From the NCBI GenBank assembly GCA_965248575.1, contig CBDFJQ010000002.1, positions 2,528,001 to 2,592,000 of the forward strand: a stretch of 64,000 nt of DNA, in the 5' to 3' direction. The position numbers and the translations under genes are program-made. This document shows, piece after piece, positions 57,988 through 64,000 of this stretch (positions within the stretch are counted from its first letter, which is position 1; every line of letters begins with the position of its first letter). The notes beneath the pieces were generated by a model, which was not told the DNA's origin, made no database searches, and saw only the letters and a program-made list of their open reading frames with translations. Origin of the DNA: Planctomycetota bacterium (GTDB lineage: Bacteria > Planctomycetota > B15-G4).

Positions 57988-58932
57988 CTAGCCCTCCTTG
58001 AAGAGGTGCAGATCCTGCTGCGGGTAAGGGATGGAGATCCCCGCGGCGTCGAAGCGCTCCTTCACCGTCTTGGTGACGTCAAACTTCACGGCCCAGTAGT
58101 CACCGGTCTTCGACCACGGCCGGCAGACGAAGTTCACCGAGGAATCGGCCAACTCGGCCACCTGAATCACCGGCGCCGGGTCCGCCAGCACGAGATCGTG
58201 ACTCTTCACGATCTCCTCGATGATGGCACCCGCCTTGTCCATGTCGTCGCCGTAACCGATACCGAAGGTCATGTCGACGCGACGCGTGTCATTCGCCGTG
58301 ACGTTGCGGATGACGCCGCCCCAGATGGCGCCGTTCGGGACGGTGAGCTTCTGGTTGTCTGGCGTCAGCAGAATCGTGGACACAAGGCTCATGGCGTCCA
58401 CCTTGCCCGTCTGTCCGGCGACCTCGACCACATCTCCGATGTCGTAGGGGCGGTAGAGCAGGATCATGATGCCGGCAGCAAAGTTGCCGAGCGTGTCTTG
58501 CAGGGCGAAGCCGATCACGAAACCGAGAACGCCCAGCCCAGCCAGGAGCGGGCCGATGTCGATGCCCAGCTGGCCGAGGCCCATGACGAAACCGAGCAAC
58601 AAGACGATCTTCTTCGTCGAGGTGACGAAGAAGTCCTTGAGCAGGTCACTGGCGTTGAGCTTCTTGCCGCTCATGGCCTTGTGGACCACCTTGCCCAGTA
58701 CGTTGCCGACGATCTTCGCGACGAACAGGATCACCAAGAAGATGGCGAAGTTGATGGCGAACGCGATGCCGCCATCCGGGTCCGTCAACCAGGCCTGGGC
58801 GTCCGCGATGAAGCCGGACGCCTGATCGGCCGCGCTCTTTGGTGCGACCTCTTCGGCACCTTCAGCGGCGGTCTCGGCGTCTTGGGGGAGGAAGGCGAAG
58901 ACGGAGGAAAAAGCAGTCATCAATGCGTGCAT
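57988..58932 (-). CDS. mscS: Small-conductance mechanosensitive channel
   Basis: GFALQDTLGNFAAG, RPYDIGD, VPNG, GISIPYPQ. Confidence 0.9.
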   Translation of the reverse strand: MHALMTAFSSVFAFLPQDAETAAEGAEEVAPKSAADQASGFIADAQAWLTDPDGGIAFAINFAIFLVILFVAKIVGNVLGKVVHKAMSGKKLNASDLLKDFFVTSTKKIVLLLGFVMGLGQLGIDIGPLLAGLGVLGFVIGFALQDTLGNFAAGIMILLYRPYDIGDVVEVAGQTGKVDAMSLVSTILLTPDNQKLTVPNGAIWGGVIRNVTANDTRRVDMTFGIGYGDDMDKAGAIIEEIVKSHDLVLADPAPVIQVAELADSSVNFVCRPWSKTGDYWAVKFDVTKTVKERFDAAGISIPYPQQDLHLFKEG

Positions 58933-59073
58933 GGAGAAACTCCGGAAACGGGGTAATCGTCGGATCCGCGCTGCTCAAGCGCTGGTACGCGTGCTCCAAA
59001 CCCACCCGTGGAGCCCCGACGATGGGCAGGAGATTGCCGGATCGAGGGGTCCTGGCGCAAACCCTGGGGAGGC

Positions 59074-59817
59074 TCACCCCTTGGCTTGGTTCGCCACGGC
59101 CTCGGCAGCCTTCTTCGCAGCCTCGGGGTCGCCCAGATAACGGCTGCTGATGGGCGTCAGGTCATCATCCAACTCGTACACGAGAGGAATGCCTGTAGGG
59201 ATGTTCAGGCCCAGGATGTCCTCGTCGGAGATTCCATCGAGGTGCTTCACCAGTGCGCGCAGGCTGTTGCCGTGGGCCGCGATGATCACACGCTCTCCCC
59301 GCTTCACGGCCGGCGCAATGACATCGTTCCAAGCGGGAAGGAAACGATCGACCGTGTCCTTCAAACATTCCGACAATGGGATCTCATCTGTCGCGAGCGA
59401 GGCGTAGCGTCGGTCGTGTCCTGGCCAGCGTTCATCACTCTTGTCGAGCGCGGGCGGCGGCACATCATAGGAGCGGCGCCAGATGAGCACCTGATCAGCT
59501 CCGTGCTTCTCCGCCGTCTCCGCCTTGTTGAGCCCCTGCAACGCCCCGTAGTGCCGCTCGTTCAACTGCCACATGCGATGCACGGGCAGCCACATGCGGT
59601 CCATCTCGTCGAGGCTCAGCCACAGCGTCCGGATGGCGCGCTTGAGCAGCGACGTGTAGGCCACGTCGAACTCAAAGCCTCCCTCCTTCAACAGCTGACC
59701 GGCTGTCTTCGCCTCATGCACTCCCTGCTCACTGAGGTCGACGTCGTACCAACCCGTGAAGCGGTTCTCCTTGTTCCATTCGCTCTGACCGTGGCGCAGC
59801 AGGACGAGGGTCTTCAT
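59074..59817 (-). CDS. gpmA: 2,3-bisphosphoglycerate-dependent phosphoglycerate mutase
   Basis: [39 protein letters not shown]. Confidence 0.96.
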   Translation of the reverse strand: MKTLVLLRHGQSEWNKENRFTGWYDVDLSEQGVHEAKTAGQLLKEGGFEFDVAYTSLLKRAIRTLWLSLDEMDRMWLPVHRMWQLNERHYGALQGLNKAETAEKHGADQVLIWRRSYDVPPPALDKSDERWPGHDRRYASLATDEIPLSECLKDTVDRFLPAWNDVIAPAVKRGERVIIAAHGNSLRALVKHLDGISDEDILGLNIPTGIPLVYELDDDLTPISSRYLGDPEAAKKAAEAVANQAKG

Positions 59818-59976
59818 GACGAGGCATCTCAGGCAATGACGGGATGGTTGTGAACGGGGGCGGCTGTCGGCAGCCGACGTCGGGTGCGCGCAGCCACGGC
59901 TTCGCGCCTATCAAACCGTGCCGGCTCCGGGCGGGCAAGGCATGTTCGGCCCAATGCCCCGGGGCGCGGCCGACGC

Positions 59977-60933
59977 TCAGACCAGGAGCTTGATGGCAGC
60001 CGGCACAACTCGCGCGTCAAAGGGAGCCTGCCCCACCAACTCTCCGTCGATGTTGAGCGAGCTCGCGCCCTCCGCCTCCAGGCGAAATTGCGACACCCGG
60101 CGAGCGATCACGAGCGGCGAACTCAGGTGCTCCGCTGTTCGTAGTTTGGCGAAGAGCCCGAGCAGCGCGGCCCGAGTGCCTCCGCGCACCACGATCAGGT
60201 CCAGCAGGCCATCGTCGATCCGCGCATCCGGGGTGATGCGCATCCCGGCCCCGGTGTGCCGCGTATTGCCCGCAAACACGAAGCGCAAGCTCCCCTCCAG
60301 GACCTCATCCTGCAGCACCACACGCCCCCGACGGGCCGGCTGCTTCAGGACTTCCAGCACGCTCGCCACGGTGTAGCGGCTCGACCCCATCCAACGCAGC
60401 TTCTCGGACCGGGCGCCGATATCCGAGACGAGACCCCAGCCGATGATGTTGAAGGCGTGCACGATCTGCTGGCCCATCTCGACCCGGACCAAATCCAGGG
60501 AGCGACGGCGCCCCGAGAGGATCCGGCGCGCCGCTTCACGAGGGTCCAAGGCAGCCAGGTCATGCATGAGGGCGTTGCCGGAGCCGCCCGGCAGAACAGC
60601 CAGCGGCGGCTGCCAGGCGTCCAGGCCGGCGGCAGCTCTCCGATCCATGAGCCCGTTGACCACCTCGTGGATCGTGCCATCACCGCCGAGCGCACAGAGC
60701 GCCATGCCCTCATGCAACTCGAGCTGGCCCGCCAGTTCGCGCGCGTGCCCCGGCGCCTCGGTCTCGTGAACCTGCAACTCCACACCCTGTGACCGCAGGT
60801 GGGCATCCACCTGCGAGAGCACATGCGCCGCACGTCCCCCGCCGCCGTGGGGGTTCATGACGACGGCGAGGGCCCTGGGCGCCGGTGCATGTACCGGTGC
60901 AGGCACCGGCTGAGCTGCTTGGGGCTTAGCCAC
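59977..60933 (-). CDS. Diacylglycerol/sphingosine kinase family lipid kinase
   Basis: NPHGG, GGDGTIHEVVNG, PGGSGN, DDGLLD, IDGE. Confidence 0.9.
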   Translation of the reverse strand: MAKPQAAQPVPAPVHAPAPRALAVVMNPHGGGGRAAHVLSQVDAHLRSQGVELQVHETEAPGHARELAGQLELHEGMALCALGGDGTIHEVVNGLMDRRAAAGLDAWQPPLAVLPGGSGNALMHDLAALDPREAARRILSGRRRSLDLVRVEMGQQIVHAFNIIGWGLVSDIGARSEKLRWMGSSRYTVASVLEVLKQPARRGRVVLQDEVLEGSLRFVFAGNTRHTGAGMRITPDARIDDGLLDLIVVRGGTRAALLGLFAKLRTAEHLSSPLVIARRVSQFRLEAEGASSLNIDGELVGQAPFDARVVPAAIKLLV

Positions 60934-61576
60934 CGCCCATCAGCGCGTCCACTTCGGCAGCGGACATGCCGTTGAGCTTGTCCAACTGCTTGTCGAGGTC
61001 CGCCTCGAACTCCGCTGCGTCCGCCTTGATGCGCTTGCGCGTCAACTCGCGACGGAACGCCGCGTTCATCTGATCGCGATAGGTGAGGATCACATCGTCC
61101 AGGTCCATGCGGTAGAGCACGAAGTAGGTCTTGGCGATGGGGTCGTGGAAGTCGTCCCACTGCTTGGCGCCGGAGATCATCTGATCCGACACCTGTCGCG
61201 AGATGTCCTGGGTGTATTCCACCGACGAGGCCGTGTCCATGGACTCGTAGTAGTCGCGGTTCGAGGACATGTAGTCCGTCACCATGCTTTGCACGAGCAC
61301 GTTCACCGTGCGGGCGATCTCAGTGCGCGCGCGGGTGCGCGCCTGTGTCAACTGCATGGCGCGGTTGGGGTTCGTCTCGGCAATCCCCACGCCGTAGACG
61401 GCACGAACCTCACCCTCCTCACCGATCCGGTTGGGGCGGGAAATCCACTCGGGCGAGTTGGACGCCGTCGAGAGACTCTGGGGTTCGGTGGACGCACACC
61501 CGGTGGCCAGCCCGCAAGCCATGAGGCCTGCCAGAAGGGTCGCCGGGGAAAGTCTGCTCAAGATGGGTCGTGCCAT
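60926..61576 (-). CDS. LPP20-like lipoprotein
   Basis: Lipobox ATGC, PEWI, GVG, ARTRARTEIAR. Confidence 0.75.
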   Translation of the reverse strand: MARPILSRLSPATLLAGLMACGLATGCASTEPQSLSTASNSPEWISRPNRIGEEGEVRAVYGVGIAETNPNRAMQLTQARTRARTEIARTVNVLVQSMVTDYMSSNRDYYESMDTASSVEYTQDISRQVSDQMISGAKQWDDFHDPIAKTYFVLYRMDLDDVILTYRDQMNAAFRRELTRKRIKADAAEFEADLDKQLDKLNGMSAAEVDALMGGG

Positions 61577-61846
61577 GGTTTTGATCCTTTTTGAAGCCGC
61601 GACGTCCGTGAGACAAGCGGCAAGTCATGAGGGCTTCGAAGAGTGCATTTCGCAAGCCATCACTTGGGTCTGTGGCCAGCCTGCCAAACGCGGCGAGCGG
61701 CCTCTAGGGGGCAGACCCGGGGAAGCACACGGGAGCCTTGCGTCCAAGTCCTGCAAGCGCTGGAGGCCGGGTTTCCCCTGAAGCGGCTTGCGTGCAACCA
61801 TTCAAGCGCCTGTTCCGCACCTCCCCCCCTGCCTCAGGGACTGCCC

Positions 61847-63364
61847 ATGACCTTTCGCTGTCTGCTCGCCATCGCGCTGCTCTTGCCTGGCTGCCTCAGC
61901 ACCTCGGGGACCTCCTTGCCCAAATGGGTGGATGCGCCGGCAAGCCATCCTCGCTGCGACCGGCGAGAGGCACTGTGCGCCGTGGGCATCGCCTCGGGCT
62001 CGGGCCAGGCCGCCCGGGAGCTCGCACAGCAGCGCGCCCTGGAGCAGATCGTGTCGTCGGTGCTCGTGTCCGTGCAGAGCACCATCGACCTGGACTCCAC
62101 GAGCCGCCGTTCCAACGACGACATCTTCTGGACAGATGAGGTACGGGAGCGCATCCGGGTCAGTTCCCAGCAGGAGGACCTGCCCGGACTGGAAGTCGTG
62201 GAACGCTGGGTGCATCCCACGCGGCGCGAGGTGTACGTGCTGGTCAAGGTGCCCCGGGAACTCCTGCTCGACCGCTGGATGCCCCGTGTCGGTCAGGCCC
62301 TGGCTGAAGCCGAGACCTATCTGCTGACGGCCGACGAACTGAGCATGCACAGCCCCGGCCGGGCCATCCACAACACGCTCGAGGCCTACCGGGTCGTGGC
62401 CGGCGCCTACGGAGACGCCATCAAATCCAAGGTCGTCGCGCGGGAATCCAGGCAGCGGGGCCAAGCCGATCAGAGCTTCGCGCGGACGTCCCAACTTATG
62501 GCAGAGACATCCGCTCGCCTGGCTCAGCTCATCGGCGGCGTGCGTCTGGTCAAGTTGGCCGGCGACGGGCAGGCGGGTGTCGTCCGCGGCAGCCTGCCCC
62601 AAGCCCTGCGCGTGCGCCTGGAGTACCAAGACCTCAAGGGCGAGGTGCAACCACTGCAGGACGTTCCACTCCGATTCGCCTCGCGCATCGAGGGCGCCGC
62701 GGATGTGCTGACGGATTCCTCCACCACGGATGCCGCAGGGGAAGCCAGTTGCCGCGTCGTGAACCTGGGCCCCACCGGCCTGGCGAACAACGAGATCCTG
62801 GTCCAGCCGGGCTTCAGCACGGTGGCTCCGGACCTGGCAGACAAGCACGTCCCCGCCGCGAGCTTCGTCTACCACCTCCCCACCGCCGCCGGGACCACGG
62901 TGGTGCTCGCCGTCCGTGAAATCTACGAAGGCTCGCAGCTCTCTCCTTCTGTCCTGCAGGGCGAGCTGGCCTCGCACCTCTCGGGCTTTGGCTTCAGCGT
63001 CCGGGGCCAGGAGCCCAGTGCCTCCATGCCTTCCATCGATCTCGAAACCAGCACCGACCCACAGGCCCTGCGCCAGGCCCTGGGCCCGGACGCGGACGTC
63101 CTCTTGCGCGGCCGGGCTGAGGCCCGCCACAGCAGCCTCGAGAATCAACTGCACTGGTTCCGGGCCTACGCTCAGCTTGAGTTGGTCAACATCGACTCTG
63201 GCCGCGTCACGGCCCTCAGCACCGAAGAAGTCAAAGACGCCCACCGCGAGCACTCGCAGAGCGGCGCCATCCGGGCCCTCAAGCTGCTCAGAGGCCCGCT
63301 CTTCGCCGAGCTCGAACGGACTCTCGTCGCCGACTTCGTTCCCAGCTCTTCGCTTGAGCCGTAG
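61847..63364 (+). CDS. LPP20-domain lipoprotein with Ig-like middle domain
   Basis: Lipobox LPGC, PKWV, AVGIA, AQQRALEQI, VYVLV; later GDGQ.G and TTDAAGEA (Big-like). Confidence 0.72.
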   Translation: MTFRCLLAIALLLPGCLSTSGTSLPKWVDAPASHPRCDRREALCAVGIASGSGQAARELAQQRALEQIVSSVLVSVQSTIDLDSTSRRSNDDIFWTDEVRERIRVSSQQEDLPGLEVVERWVHPTRREVYVLVKVPRELLLDRWMPRVGQALAEAETYLLTADELSMHSPGRAIHNTLEAYRVVAGAYGDAIKSKVVARESRQRGQADQSFARTSQLMAETSARLAQLIGGVRLVKLAGDGQAGVVRGSLPQALRVRLEYQDLKGEVQPLQDVPLRFASRIEGAADVLTDSSTTDAAGEASCRVVNLGPTGLANNEILVQPGFSTVAPDLADKHVPAASFVYHLPTAAGTTVVLAVREIYEGSQLSPSVLQGELASHLSGFGFSVRGQEPSASMPSIDLETSTDPQALRQALGPDADVLLRGRAEARHSSLENQLHWFRAYAQLELVNIDSGRVTALSTEEVKDAHREHSQSGAIRALKLLRGPLFAELERTLVADFVPSSSLEP

Positions 63365-63391
63365 TCCGCTCCTCGCACGACGCACGGGGCC

Positions 63392-63748
63392 GGGGATCGC
63401 TGAGCCTGGCCACTAGATCTGCTGCTCAGACAACGAGGCAAACAGACGCCTCGAGAACTCGCCTCAGATCTAGTGGCCAGGCTCAGCGCTCCCCTCCTCG
63501 GTGGAGGAGGTGGACACGATCGGGGCGTGGGGGGAGACGAGTCGACACCTCTTTACGAGTGTGGTGGCGAGTCGACAGCCGGATCGATTCACCCACTCCC
63601 CTGAAAGGAGCAGCACAGTGCCCTCGGAAAGATCCACCGAGGAGGCGGGGCCTGATTTTCGGGCAGGCGATCTGAGGCGAGTTCTCGAGGCGTCTGTTTG
63701 CCTCGTTGTCTGAGCAGCAGATCGCCTGCCCGAAAATCAGGTCCCGCC
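63392..63748. repeat. Composite palindromic element: two long hairpins sharing an identical loop in inverted orientation
   Basis: Arms 63392-63421/63465-63494 (29/30) and 63644-63674/63718-63748 (30/31). Loops 63422-63464 and 63675-63717 are exact reverse complements. Central IR 63493-63505/63633-63645. Confidence 0.92.
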
Positions 63749-63816
63749 GGCACACCGCCTGCACCTCAACCAGAGGCACTGCTGCGAGACGCCCGCTGAC
63801 TGCGTATCCTGCGGGC

Positions 63817-64000
63817 ATGACTGAGAGCACTGACAGCCGTTTTGTTCCGCTCACCGAGCGCTTTGCCCCTGACGCCCCACCGGAAGCGGCCGCCCGCGAC
63901 TTCTATGAGGTCATGCGGCTGCGTCGCACCATCCGGGAATACTCCGACCGACCCGTGTCACGCGAGACCATCGAATGGGTCGTGCGGGCCGCGGGTTCGG
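63817..64000 (+). CDS. Nitroreductase family protein (iodotyrosine deiodinase-like), 3'-truncated by the window edge
   Basis: Own translation: MTESTDSRFVPL...FYEVMRLRRTIREYSDRPVSRETIEWVVRAAGS; not in the ORF track. Confidence 0.8.
   Translation, partial: MTESTDSRFVPLTERFAPDAPPEAAARDFYEVMRLRRTIREYSDRPVSRETIEWVVRAAGS

Noticed and set aside
63392..63748. CRISPR array or simple terminator explanation for the terminal repeats
   Set aside because: Only two units, inverted rather than direct, with no cas genes; the stems lack U-tracts and have 43-nt loops
63483..63854. Short ORFs over the palindromic element (63483-63854 minus, 63501-63713 plus)
   Set aside because: No recognisable protein features; the region is better explained as structured non-coding DNA

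Overview
High-GC bacterial chromosomal window. Gene content and secreted-protein style suggest Planctomycetota, but this is inference only. It holds about 55 mostly intact CDSs. I saw no rRNA, tRNA, CRISPR array or transposase. Main highlights: (1) 13.6-25.2 kb: an apparently complete porin-cytochrome extracellular electron transfer locus with 34 CXXCH motifs. It has two divergently oriented ~1290-aa decaheme MtrC/OmcA-like paralogs with extra domains, a beta-barrel porin, a 13-heme lipoprotein and a multi-TM monoheme membrane protein. (2) 63.39-63.75 kb: an unexplained non-coding element in which two ~30-bp hairpins with different stems enclose an identical 43-nt loop in opposite orientations, joined by a third inverted repeat. 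(3) A cobalamin riboswitch leading into two uncharacterised secreted proteins rather than btuB. (4) A TIR-PP2C (SpoIIE) fusion, and a HAMP-SpoIIE protein that has lost most catalytic aspartates. (5) A His/Cys-rich RAPP-ending leader ORF before a porin-znuACB-like metal uptake operon, next to an ECF sigma with a His-rich anti-sigma candidate. The rest is housekeeping or envelope genes: acyl-CoA dehydrogenase, algI/algJ-like, ric, orn, asnB, sigma54-driven Hsp20 pair, sdhCAB, mscS, gpmA. All calls come from reading motifs by eye; no searches were run.
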